Below, in pieces: positions 51,722 through 64,000 of a stretch of 64,000 bases of DNA. The stretch covers positions 310,001-374,000 of the forward strand of contig JAXLNO010002335.1 in assembly GCA_038087875.1 (NCBI GenBank). The letters are read 5' to 3'. The position numbers and the translations under genes were made by a program. The notes below the pieces were generated by a model. The model was not told the DNA's origin and made no database searches. It worked only from the letters and a program-made list of their open reading frames with translations. Position 1 is the first letter of the stretch; every line of letters starts with the position of its first letter. The stretch comes from Malacoraja senta (taxonomy: Eukaryota).

Positions 51722-54700
51722 AATAAATTTCATGACAAGAACAGTGCAACAGACATGTGTATTTGGATTTTTATTGGAATCTATGTTATGAAACTTTTGA
51801 CTTTAATCTGCTTTCTACTTCTTTAGACAATATTTTGATTAATGTTTGAAGGGATGACTAACACAGATCACATTTACACTTTTGTAATTATAATTGTTAT
51901 TTTTTGGTTCTTCACTTAAGTGTTCTTGAATGATTGACATATATTTTCAGTAAAACCCTCTGAAACCTCCCCAGTGAAGTCTGGACAGGTAATTATTGTA
52001 ATTAGTTTGAAATTCCCCAGATTAAAAATGATAAAACTATTTATTTTGATCTGATTTTTATACTATGTGTATTGCACAATTTTTAACAGTAACTGGAAAA
52101 CATCAGCAGTTGAAATATCTTACTTAAAGGATATTTTTAGCTTAATTATAGAAAAGCCAAACTTAATCTTAGCCAGTTCTGATATCAGCATATAACTGGT
52201 CATGCTTTGGTTTAATCTAAGCCAACCAAATATGTCATCAAACATATGTCCTAGTAAGCTGAGAGAGAAATAATTATTTGTCCCGTTTATTTATGGGAAT
52301 TCAATATACTCATCTCTGCAAGGAGGACTGACATTTATTGAGATAGACACAAAAAGCCAGAGTAACTCAGCGGGACAGGCAGCATCTCTGGAGAGAAGGA
52401 ATGGGTGACGTTTTTGGTTGAGACCCTTCTCCAGAGAGATTCTCTCTCTGACAAGAGTTCTGCAACATCCTTTCTCGCTGCTCCCCTTCTGTGATTCTCT
52501 CTCCGTCATTTATTGACATTGCTACATCTAACTATTACCTGTTTCATCAGTCATATAAACATTGTCATGCTTTAATCTCCAATTATCCATAGATTTTTGA
52601 TCCAAAAGCTGTTGATCTCCGTGAAAAAAAAAATCCTCAAAGCAATCACCGGGTTGGATGGATTCCCCCATTCTCAACGTGCATTGCAGACAGGTAATTT
52701 CTGCAGGATAAGTGGAGCATCCATTAGCAGCGATGTCATGACTGGGCCATCAGTTTGAGCTCTGTCAAACAGCAAAATAGAAAGTAAAAAGCTTTAATCT
52801 GTTATCATTTCACTGAAAGCAAAATAAAAATTGTGCAATATACACAGTATAAAAATCAGATCAAAATAAATATTTATCATTTTTAATCTGGGAAATTAAA
52901 AATAATTAAAATAATTAGTATCATCAAACACATGAGTTTTTCAGAGCCAGAGAACTGTTCAGCGTATGACTGAGCATGAAATTTACATTTCAGCTACAGC
53001 TTTTTGAAGAACTTGCACAAGTTTTAATGCTTTTATGGAGAGGAAAGTAGATAAAAATTGAATAGAAAGTTTACATACTGCACTGACTCGGAGATCAAGG
53101 GGCCGTTTGCCTCAAATTTGGATTTCCACGTTTAAATATACAAGTGCAGATTCCAGTAATCGCTGTCAGTGTCACAGAGCTTAGACAAATTCAACGTTTT
53201 TATAAACACAATTCGTCTTCTTCTTCTTCTTCTTTTCGTGTCCATCTTGTTACAAATGTTGGCCTCACTGTCATCGTCCATCCTGAAAAGGACGCAAGCT
53301 TCCGGCGACAATCAGTGGAAGCCATCACTTGTCGCAATAGATGATGGTGGTAGCAGAATTAGCTCAGGATATTTCCAGTTTCCAGCCCTGCGACGTGGAC
53401 GCTTCTGCTAGGGGGCCAAACGCAAGTCGTGAGCCATTATCATTTTACTTGTACGAACAATTGAATGTTGTCAGATATCCCACCGAGCAAAGGTTTGCCA
53501 GGAAGGATGTTGATGAATCAATGGGAAATTAGTTCCATTCTCCACACCATGTCTAACATTTGAAATATATGTGATATACCCTCATATCTCTTCCTTTTAT
53601 CAACCGAAAAAGCAGCAGGGAAGCAGTAAAACAATTAAGCTATTAATATTCATCTTCATATGTTTGATTGAGAACATTTGTTAAAGGTTATGACGAATTG
53701 AAATCAACACAGAAATAAATCTACATAAACAGTGAACCAGAAATAGCGTTGCCCGAGAATCACAGCCTGCCTGAGTTTCTCTTCCATTGGGAACCAGCTC
53801 CCAGCACATGGTTATGTCTGGATCAGCACAGTGGCTGTGTCAGCCTGGACAGGGCTCCGAGACCCCGTAACCAGGCACATGGTGATCGCAGGCTTTTGCA
53901 CATCTTAGATATTTACAGACATTCAGTAACATTCAGTCATTAAAAAAAAATATTTGTTTTTGTTCATTAATTATTTTGTATTTGAATGATTTGGGATTAC
54001 CAAGGATATTTCCCAGCATGGGAGGCCAGCAGAAGGTTGTCTTTCCCCTTGGGAGTTCATGAGGGTTCTACTGTAATAGTCTCGGGGCAGTGACAAATAA
54101 CAAGAACTGGGTGGCAGATACTGCTTCCCTGAGATTGATGCCAGTGCTGGAAACTGGATAAACCAATGCTGGTGGAAGGAGGCAGAAGGTCTATCCTTCT
54201 ATGTTTTGCTGCTGTAATGCTCCTAAAATCTTTGTTCTCCAACCAGACTGTTTGACGTACCAGTCAATCAATCTGCAGAAATGTTACAGATTACCAATGT
54301 GTCCAATAATGTGTACATATTCATAGCAAATTTTCAAGAACATAGAGCTGATTGGCTTGGTGGAAATCAATAGTTTATGATTTTCTCTACTCTGAGGTAT
54401 AAAAGCCTAGTAATGAATAACTTACATCAATCATTCATTTATTCCAATGGGTGACCTTTTGACAGTTTCAAGAGATATAATTTTACTGTGAGAAACTTCA
54501 GCATTGTAATGTTTGCTGTAGAGCTCAATCTCCAAAGTAAAATGGATTGCTAAACATAGGCGTTTAAAGATTTTCCCATGAAATACTCGTACAGTTAGTA
54601 TGGGAAATCAATGAAAGCAGGTTGAAGTTAAAACCTCAAGTCAGGTTGATTTTGCTGACTTTATTCCTTCATTATTACTGGGCTTTCAATCTTCTGTTTT

Positions 54701-56371
54701 GTTGATGAAAGCAATTCTAGCAGCTTTTAGAAAGCATTGGAAATTAAAGGTGCTATGACATTGCATTAAACTTTGTGGCTGTATTGATAACTACAGGGTT
54801 CATAATACATTTCTGTGCCAAACTAAATAACTTAATATTGATTGAAATATAATATTAGCTCAAAAATGAATGAATTACAAGGGTTCTGCATCCTCATTTT
54901 ATGTCGGTGATTTCAGCTTGATTGATCCACAGAAATGCAGCAGAGGTATGGGTAATTAAAGTTACCCAAGGTACCTAACTCCTCAGGGTTCTGGCTACTA
55001 ATGTTTAATGATGTGATTAAATAAATTAAGCCAAGTGTCCATAAATCACCATTTTAAATATTAGTCGATAGTCCCTGACTAATTCCAGTTGTCTTAAATT
55101 AATACTCCTGACATGAGACTAACATTTTTATTCAGTGGGGAAAGAGCTCTCAGCAAGATTCTTCTTAATGATTGCTGAGTTTCACCAAATATATCACACG
55201 AATCCTACTTTTACCAAGTTTTACCTAAGGCCTAAGTGACAGCTTGTTTTCTGTTTGACCAAATGGTGAACACCACAATAAAACACTGCAAATGCTGAAA
55301 TGTGAAACGAAAGCAGAGTGCTGGAAGTTCTGAGCAAGTTAGGCTGCAACATTGGTGGGCTATACATAGAAACACAAGTATTCTCGATGTAGTCCAATAT
55401 AGTCAAATTTTAAAAATCAAAAATACTTCAGATGCTGGAAATCTGGAATAAAAGCAGAAAATGCTGGAAACACTGAGCATGTCAGACTGCATCTGTGGAA
55501 AGAGAAGCAGTTAATATTTCAGGTCCGGGATCCTTCATTGGAATGTGACTTGAAACATTAGCTCTTTCTCTTTCCACAGATGCTGACTGAAGTGCTTAGT
55601 TTTCCAGCATTTTCACTTTTGATTATGTTGGATCAATAAATGATCCATAGTTTATGATAAATCAAGACAAATGGTCACTCACCTGCCAAGATTTGTACCA
55701 TACAAATTTTGTAAAGTTAATTGGGGTTTTCAAAATTCTACTTATAATAAATGGTTGGAAAATGTATATTTTTCTCTCATTTCAAATGCAGTATTTAAAA
55801 ATTATCTGAATTCTATAAGGGTAGAATTTAGATTTTAAGCCAGAAAGCTGAGGTATAAACAAGTCCATCGCATTCCCACAGTACTCTGAATATGTAGTAA
55901 ATTATTAACTGAAGAGGCCAAGAAGGCAGAGACTTGAAATAAAAGATAAATCCATTAAAGTTAGTATTATTATTTAAATAAGCTTCTCTTCATCCCCCAG
56001 GAAAGTCAGTGTGAATCTAATAAAAGCTTAACAGTTTAGAAATGATAAATCTAAAGTACATCCAATGAAATAGGATCAGTGCAGTGTTATTGCAGATAAA
56101 TGTTGCAGCAATAAGTTATTTGAAGGCCTTTTATCTTATAAAATACTCTGGTAAGGTTTTATTGCATATTCTTTCCTTTGGGGAGTATTTCTATTGATTC
56201 CATCAGGAATAAAGTGTCATTGGCCATCTTTTAGGACATGGCAGAATCGCTGTTTGATAAAATGAAAAGCAGAAAATTGCAGATTCTGGTAGGAATTAAT
56301 TACTTTTCTTATATTAATTGAAACAATCCATTTTCTAACATTTTACATTAATAAAAGCAGAAAACACTGAA

Positions 56372-57060
56372 GGCAACATCTTCCCATCTCCTCCCCTTTT
56401 GGCTTTCCGCAGAGACCGCTCCCTCCATACCTCCCTGGTCAATTCGTCCCTTCCCACCCAAACCACCTCCTTCCCTGGTACTTTCCCTTGCAACCGCAGG
56501 AAATGCTACACTTGTCTCTTTACCTCCCCCCTTGACTCCACCCCATAATCTTCCCAACTTTCCAGTTGGCAGAGGTTCACCTGCTCCTCCTCCAACCTCA
56601 TCTATTGCATCCGCTGTTCTAGGTGTCAGCTGTTCTACATCGGTGAGACCAAGCGTAGGCAATAACCAACCTGATCTCCCGGTGCTCCAGCACTTCAACT
56701 CCCCCTCCCATTCCGAATCCGACCTTTCTGTCCTGGGCCGCCTCCATGGCCAGAGTGAGTCCCACCTCATATTTCGCTTGGGCAGTTTACACCCCAGCGG
56801 TATGAACATTGACTTCTCCAATTTCAGGTAGTCCTTGCTTTCTCCCTCCTTCCCGTCCCCTTCCCAGCTCTCCCACAGCCTACTTTCTCCATCTCTTCCT
56901 TTCTTCTTCCCGCCCCCCCACCTCCACATCAGTCTGAAGAAGGATCTCAACCTAAAACGTCACCTATTACTTCGCTCCATAGATGCTGCCTCACCCGCTG
57001 AGTTTCTCCAGCAATTTTGTTTATCTTTGATTTTTCTAGGATCTGCAGTTCTTTCTTAAA
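56372..57060 (+). mobile_element. Penelope-like retroelement 3' part: GIY-YIG endonuclease remnant plus pLTR
   Basis: From ~56591 reads SNLIYCIRCSRCQLFYIGETKR, then in another frame QHFNSPSHS..HLIFRLGSLHPSGMNIDFSNFR*, followed by a CTGAAGA..AAACGTC terminal motif. Confidence 0.9.
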
Positions 57061-58039
57061 CAAAACACTGAAGACACTCAGCAGGTCAGGCAGCATCTGC
57101 GGATGGAAAACCAGGGTTACCATTTCAGGTTGATGATCTATCATCAGATCCTGTTTCAGATTATCGTAACAATGTAGCATAGATGACATGTCATTAACAG
57201 GAAGAAAAGTTTATTGTCATTGAGAAAGCTTAAATTGAACAGTCAGCACGAATTAGGTATAAATCGTAACTGAGAACTTGCACTTGTGCTTCTAAAGATT
57301 AATGATGATAACATTAGTTCACCTATTATTTTGGCAACAGAGTAGCATAAATTATTGTGTGCTCAAGTTTAAGTAATTGATTATAGTGGGTCACTGGTTC
57401 ATTTGTAATCAGATTCCTTATTCAGATGCAAATGGATACTAATAGTTTTAGTGTGTAAACCTACTGGCAAAAAAAGGGTATTATTCTATGCAATTTTCTT
57501 GGAAAGTATCCTTGTCCTGCTGTATCCTCGGCAGTATGTTGATAACTTGCTTCAGTTCTAGCAATTTGAGAAATAGAAGATGCTCACCACCGACCCCAAA
57601 GCCAAGGCAGTGATATCTCGAAACAAATGGCAAGAGGACAAGGTTATTGGGCCCTGGCTCTTTTGTGAGAATGTAGCACACACATATGTAGGATGCGCAC
57701 ACATAAAAACACTAACAATACATTGTTTCCGCTCTTCAGTTACTGCCCTTAAGTCATCACCCTTCCTCTCATCCCCCTCCACCCACACCCTGGTGAACTC
57801 AGTCCATTCCTTCCATCTTCATCTCCATTTTTCCTCTTAAAATCCCATCGCTCTCCTCAGTGTTACCCCATTCTCCAGCTGCTGGTCTTTCATACTCTCC
57901 CAGGGCAAGGACAACTGTTTGCCCCCTATCCAATTGCCCTCATGCAAACTCCACCGCCAGATCCCAACAATCTTCTGCCTAACATTGATTCCCTGAGCTA
58001 TCCCTAGAATAAATGCATGTTATCAACATAAATGGAAAG

Positions 58040-58410
58040 AAACTTGGATTTGCACAGCTCTTTAAAGGCCTTATGTCTCCCAAGAATGCTTTACAGCGTA
58101 ATAAATATTTTTGTAACATGGTCCTTGATGTGAATATAAATGCCAATACGTGCGCAACAAACTGCCTAAAGCGACACTGTGATAATGGCTTGATAATCTG
58201 TTTTGGTGGATTGGATTAGAGTTTAACTCCGCTTTTTTTTCCAAACCAGAACCTTTTATGTTTAGCTAATACGTAGCCTCAGTTTAACGTCTCAGCTGAA
58301 AGGCAGCACTTTATCAACACAATATTCCCTGCAGATCTGCACGCAAGTGTCAATCCCTGAAATGGGATTTGAGAAAGCAAATCCATCCCATAATCTTCCC
58401 ACTTGTAATG
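58040..58410 (-). mobile_element. Ancient Deu-domain SINE (SacSINE1/AmnSINE-like)
   Basis: GCCTCAGTTTAACGTCTCAGCTGAAAGGCAGCAC and GTGATAATGGCTTGATAATCTGTTTT resemble the DeuSINE consensus as I recall it. Confidence 0.65.
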
Positions 58411-59944
58411 AAGAGTTTCCATTGTTGCACTTCAGTTTCAGGCCCATGTGGTTTCTGTAATCATGTTATTGATTCCTTCTCTGTGAATTTACCTTCCTGT
58501 TAATTACACTGTCCCAATCAAGAGGCATTGTGGATTGAGCACCCCACTCACAACATTCTTGTCATCTAAAACCAGTCAAAAATTGCATTTTGAAATTCGA
58601 ACAAACAAGATTTAAAAAAATCTTCAAAAAATCTAAAAGTACTTTACAGTTAATGAAGAACTATTTTTGTCATTTAGTAATGGTCGAAATGAGGGGAATC
58701 AACATAGAGCAAGATCCTGTAAACAATGGCAAAGATAACATCCATTAACTTGACTAAGTATGAAATAAGATGGAATGCAAGATCCAGTGACTCATATTAA
58801 ATGACATTTTGATTTAATTGTACAGCAGTGGCATTGAATTAGCCAATAAATATCATCACTGCAATTGGAAAGCAATTGACCAATCCCAATTTTTACCCTA
58901 TGATTTTAGGTTTCAAAGTCCTTAGTCAATCTTTTGTCACTTCATACTAATTTGAGTGATAAAATTAAGCAGCAAATGCATTCATCCCGATGTTTGTCAC
59001 ACATGATCTCTGCAATGCACCATTATTGTGAAGGCGGAGTCAGAACTATCCAGCAATCCAACAAGCCGCTAAAAAAACAGAGACTGCTGGCATCTATAGG
59101 ACACCCTCATTAACTTTGTTTGCTAACTATTAAGTGCTGCTGGATTCATCCTTATAAATTGACTTGGGATTCTTATTTTCCTCCCGAGTATTTATTTCTG
59201 TCTTTTTCAGTTAACAGCGAAACAGTGAGGGTTGATCTATGATTCGATCTTTTGGTAGGTAGATGAAATATAATAAGAATTGTTTGCTTTGTATCAAGGA
59301 ATATATCCAATTGATTATTTGGCTGCAATGATTGCTATTATTTTGCAACAACAGGGGAATCTATTGGGTGAATATGGAGCTAAGTATGCTGACAGCATGT
59401 CTCACCACCTTTAATTTAAATAAAAGATTAATATTTTGCAGCTGTTACTTACTTTTATTATTCAATTATTCAGAATAATATTGATAATAAAGTAAATGTG
59501 TATCAATTGCATTGTTTCTTTTGACACGTATTAGATTTGTAATTGTGTGCGATAATTGATTAATGTTACACTTGGATTAGTATTTGCAAACTAACTTCAC
59601 TGTGTGATCAGAGGGTAATTATCTGGCATGAGACATTGTTCACACAAGAGTTGGGGAGAAAAATATAAATTAACTGTCATTTCAGATCTTTGAGTTAAAA
59701 TGTATAGGTTTTTCATAATGCTGGGTATTTTATTTTAGGCAACCTATGGTAGGATGAAACAAAATGGAATAGCAAATCAGCAGAGCTGCCCAATTTACTA
59801 ATGGAATACATTCCATCAGCAATTCACAGTGTCCTTGAACTACACATGATGATTGTATAATCTTCTAGTTTATACAGCAACATTGTATTCCCTTTCTCTG
59901 ATCTTCAGGCTAATCAGCATCTTGAATATCACTTTTAAAGGGAT

Positions 59945-60250
59945 GCATCCAGTAGACCTGCTGCCTCATGGCGCCAGAAACCTTGATCCTGACCTCGGGT
60001 GCTGTCTGCGTGGAGTTCCCACATTCTTCCTGTGACCGCATAGGTTTCCTTCGGGTGCTCTGCTTTCCTTCCACATCTCAAAGACATGTGGGTTTGTAGG
60101 TTAATTGGCCTCCATAAATTGCACCTGTGTGTAGGGAATGGATGCCAAAGTGGGATGATATAGAACTAGTGTGAATGAGTGATCAATGTGGACTCGGAGG
60201 ACCTCAAGTGGGCTCTTTCCATGCTGTATCTTTCCATCAATCAATCAATT
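59945..60250 (+). mobile_element. HE1/V-SINE-like SINE
   Basis: Homologous to 38471-38785, with (TCAA)n tail. Confidence 0.85.
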
Positions 60251-62254
60251 TAGTGTGACTTGAATGTTGTTTCTGGAGGTTGAGGTTGTCCTCATGTAAT
60301 GTCGCTATTATATTTCCATGTATTCCTACAACAAGGTTGGAAGACATTCAGCCCATCAAATCTTTGCTGGTTTTTAGAACAATCCATTACTCAATCCAAG
60401 GAAATTAATAAATAAAAATACAATTACAATAACAAAAGGTTTTCTGATGCCTAAAGCTTGAATAGCCCCTGAGGAACCTTTACATGCAGGAAGACAATAG
60501 AGTCCACTGGAGGTTTTGCATAATTAATAAATGGATTTGCTTCTATTGACATGTAGTTGGAACAAAGCATAAAGGTCATTGATTATCCAATTTAATCTGG
60601 AAAATACATTTTCTTTGTTTAAATTGCTTATATTCCAAATTTCCATTTACTGTAAATTGCTTATATTCCAAATTTGAAAAGAAATTAAAGAAAACATTCA
60701 TGTGAGATTTGTTTCATCATTTTTCATGTATGGTTTCAGATTTTAAAAAGGTTTGTGACAATTACAATTCATGTACAGTAATGTTTTTGACTCATAATTT
60801 GGACAGTTAGCTGATGCATTTGTTATAAAAATCTGACGTTATTTCTGTTTGTGAGAAGTTTACGTGAAGTGGTGCTTTTTATCCATGGCAGAGCTTCTTG
60901 AGTGGTTGTCTAAGTTATATCTGCAACTTAATGTTATTTCAGCCCACACAGCTGAAAAACTACCTTGTTCTTAGTGACCAATGCATTTGAAAGCCTTTTT
61001 GTGACTGTAGCAACTGAATCTATTGCTAACATTGCAATGCCAGTGTGGCAATGCATTCATCCAAAAGGAACAGTGAAAAAGTGAACAAACCTGAACTACC
61101 CATCCAGATCCAGGAGTGAAAGTGATATGATGTATGTTACATCTGTGATGTTGAAAGTGATTCTGTATATGCATAAAGAAATATTAGATACTGTATTCTA
61201 TTTTTTAATAAATGGCAATGTTGTTTGAATTTGCAAAAAATATTTATTGGAATTTTATTAAATTAAATCAATGTTAACCAATGAAAATTCTTATTGTGTC
61301 AAGTTAATTTGTCCCAACCATCAGATGTGCTTTTCACTATCATGTATCTTTATCGAATCAGAATTATTTTTTGCCTGGGGATTCCTATATATTTTATCAG
61401 TAAAAGATTAAAACTCTAACACAAGGTGTTTGAAAAAAAAAGGTGTTCTGTAGAAAAAAAATTACCTCATCACTGACTGCAGAGCAAAGAGCAATTATGA
61501 AATTTATGAAACCATTTCTCTGGAATCACTGCAGCTTTGAGACATGGAACTTGTACGACAAACCAGGCTATAATTTTAGTGCTAGAACAATTAACTTGTT
61601 ACAGTTTAAATCCGCAAGATTCTTGTGACACGTAGAATTTAACAGCGTAGAACCTGTACAAAGACAGATTTGCTACTAGCTATGTTGAATATTAAAGCAT
61701 AGTTTTACTTGGAAAGCTGGAAAGATCACAAAACCCCTTTGGCTTTGAACCAATAATATTGTTTGACATCTTCCCCTTGAACCCCAGGTTGTGTCAAATA
61801 TTATTCCAGTGTGGATATCAGTTTCGATCTCATGAATTGGGAAAAGTCTAACAGTTTCACAAGGTGACTGAATATGCCAAAATTTTGATTATATTTGAAT
61901 TTCATACTTCCGAATAACATGCAATACTTGACAGCAGTCATTAGTAAAGTGTCACATTTAATAAGTAATCAAAATCGTTTGCTCGTGTGTCTGACGATGT
62001 AGCTCGCTGTTGGCTTCTGTCATCGTCCAACATGTTTGAATTCACTGAATTGTCAGCTGGTGTGCAAGATGGATGCTGTGAGACTATTTTAACATTCATC
62101 AAGTGAATATGGGGCAGAGTTTTCATGGACTTTGATATCCCACCAGGTTCTGCCTTTCCATTGGGAGCCCTGCTCCCAGCACATCCGCATAAGGCAGCGT
62201 GGAGTAATGCAGTGTATAGCCTGTTCCAGCTGCATTTGCTAAATGGTTCAGGCT

Positions 62255-62850
62255 GTCATAGAACTTAGAGTCATACAGCACAGAAACCGCCCCTTCGCCG
62301 ACCAAGGTGCCCCAACTAAACTACTCCCATTTGCCTGCATTTGGTCCGTGTGCCTCTAAACCCTTCCTTTACATGTACCTGTCCAAGTGTCTTTTAAATG
62401 CTGTTACAGTACCTGCCTCAACTACATCCTCTTGCAACTCGTTCCATGGGGTCAAGGAAAGAGCGTTCACGTCGCGGCCCTGTTTCCACTAATCTTTCCA
62501 CCACCACGCACAAGAAGCATAAGAAACGACAAGACAGACACCATTGTATGCAGATGCCGAGAAGTGTGTTCAGCTCTGGCTGAACAACTAATCTTGTGTG
62601 TGGAGTTGATAAGAAGAACTCGTTCCAATTACCCACCACCCTCTGAATGAAAAGGTTACCCCTCAGGCTCCTAATAAATCTTGCTCCTCTCACCTTAAAC
62701 TTATGTCCTCTGGTTCTTGATTCCATCACCCTGGGTGAAAGACTTTGCGCATTCACCCTAACTATTCCCCTTATGATTTTACACACCTTTACAAGATCAC
62801 CCCTCAGCCTCCTGTGCTCCAACGAATAAAATCCTAGGCTGTGCAACCCT
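62255..62850 (-). mobile_element. CR1 3' fragment with a 170-bp insert
   Basis: LGFYSLEHRRLRGDLVKVCKIIRG..RTRGHKFKV. Confidence 0.88.
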
Positions 62851-63609
62851 ATGACTCAGGTCCAGGCAGCAACCTCTTTCCAGCTCAATGATATTGGGGT
62901 CTTTCTCCACAGGCTCCTGGGCTATCTAACACTGAGGTTTTCAATGGACATGCAAAAGCACCAGGATAGTACTACTACATAGAAATAACATGAACACAAA
63001 TTGCTGATAACTTTAAATTTAACTGTTAAAAATGAAATACTATATACATTGACACCAACCACATTAAATCAGATAAAAATATTATCACCATTCTCACAGC
63101 AGCAAATTCTTGCTATCCATTTTAATGTGGCTGCAGCACTTGATCTGGCACAGGGTCAACAGGCAGTTTCCCCAACCTGAGACTGAGGAGTCTAAAGAAC
63201 ATCATGTTCTTGCACTGCATAGGGAGTTTGTTAATATAATAAAGGGAGGGGGAGCCAACCGATGACCTGGTGATAAATGCTACAATTCAACTTAAGCCCC
63301 TTCTAGTGCTGGACTTTGAAACCACTCTATGTGTGACCAGTGCAATGATGTCCAGACAGAAAAATGGCACCATTATATGGTAACAACACATCTATTCAAC
63401 ATCATTTGCATCTATCACTGACTGTACTTATCATGACATATCTGTTTTCCCCTGATCCATTTGTGTTTTTAGTCTTTGCAATCTTTGTTTTATGGGTAAG
63501 AATGATTTATTCTATCTTTACAGCTAAAATTGTGTGAGCATAGAATATAAATTACTCGATTACAATTTGTAAACATGAAGATCTGTGTATCTCGTGTATA
63601 ACATCATGT

Positions 63610-63820
63610 GAAGAATAGATCGGGTGGATGCACAGAGTAGGTGAATCGAGGACCAGCGGACATAGGTTTAAGGTGAAGGAGAAAAGATTTAATAGGAATC
63701 TGAGATGTAACTTTTTCACACACAGAGTTGGAGGGATATGTATCAAGCGGGCAGGTGGGACTAGTGTAGCTGGGTCATGTTGGCCGGCAGGGCCGAAGGG
63801 CCTATTTCCACACTCTATCC
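63610..63820 (+). mobile_element. CR1 3' fragment
   Basis: ESRTSGHRFKVKEKRFNRNLRCNFFT; GGGCCGAAGGGCCT tail. Confidence 0.8.
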
Positions 63821-64000
63821 CATTCCTAAACTCCCATTCTGTTTTGTTTCTCCAGCTAATCGTGGCTGACAAACAATGCCTGCTGTACATATTCAGCAGA
63901 GTTGCTTCAGCTTTCATGAAATTTTAATTGGATGGCTTCAAAACCTGGCTTCTTTACTCTATGTGTCACAGTGAATGTGAAGCCTGATGTTTAAATGCAT

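Noticed and set aside
60620-60675. 23-bp direct repeat with 10-bp spacer
   Set aside because: Simple local slippage duplication with no further structure.

Overview
Eukaryotic, AT-rich vertebrate genomic DNA. The repeat content (HE1/V-SINE-like SINEs, CR1, Penelope-derived palindromes, Rex1/Babar, DeuSINE) points to a cartilaginous fish, probably a skate or ray (inference). Two host genes are supported, both on the + strand: the last two coding exons of CPXM2 (1634-1733, 3088-3338) and a complete three-exon GPR26 orphan GPCR (31809-32476, 39390-39503, 51490-51721; 337 aa). The rest is intergenic or intronic DNA rich in transposable elements: a full-length Passport-like Tc1 with an open DD34E transposase ORF, a decayed Gypsy pol, a Rex1/Babar LINE, a Penelope GIY-YIG fragment, many CR1/L2/SINE pieces, MITEs and a 144-bp solo LTR. 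Two assembly gaps lie at 22165-22364 and 29829-29956. The most notable observations are: minimal hammerhead-ribozyme cores in Penelope-derived palindromes inside GPR26 intron 2; the near-intact Tc1 (horizontal-transfer candidate) nested in an unclassified element with GC-rich cargo; a head-to-tail CPXM2-GPR26 arrangement that differs from what I recall for mammals; and a perfect 27-bp hairpin in GPR26 intron 1. I found no convincing wholly new gene system. Family assignments come from motif recognition and memory, not database searches.
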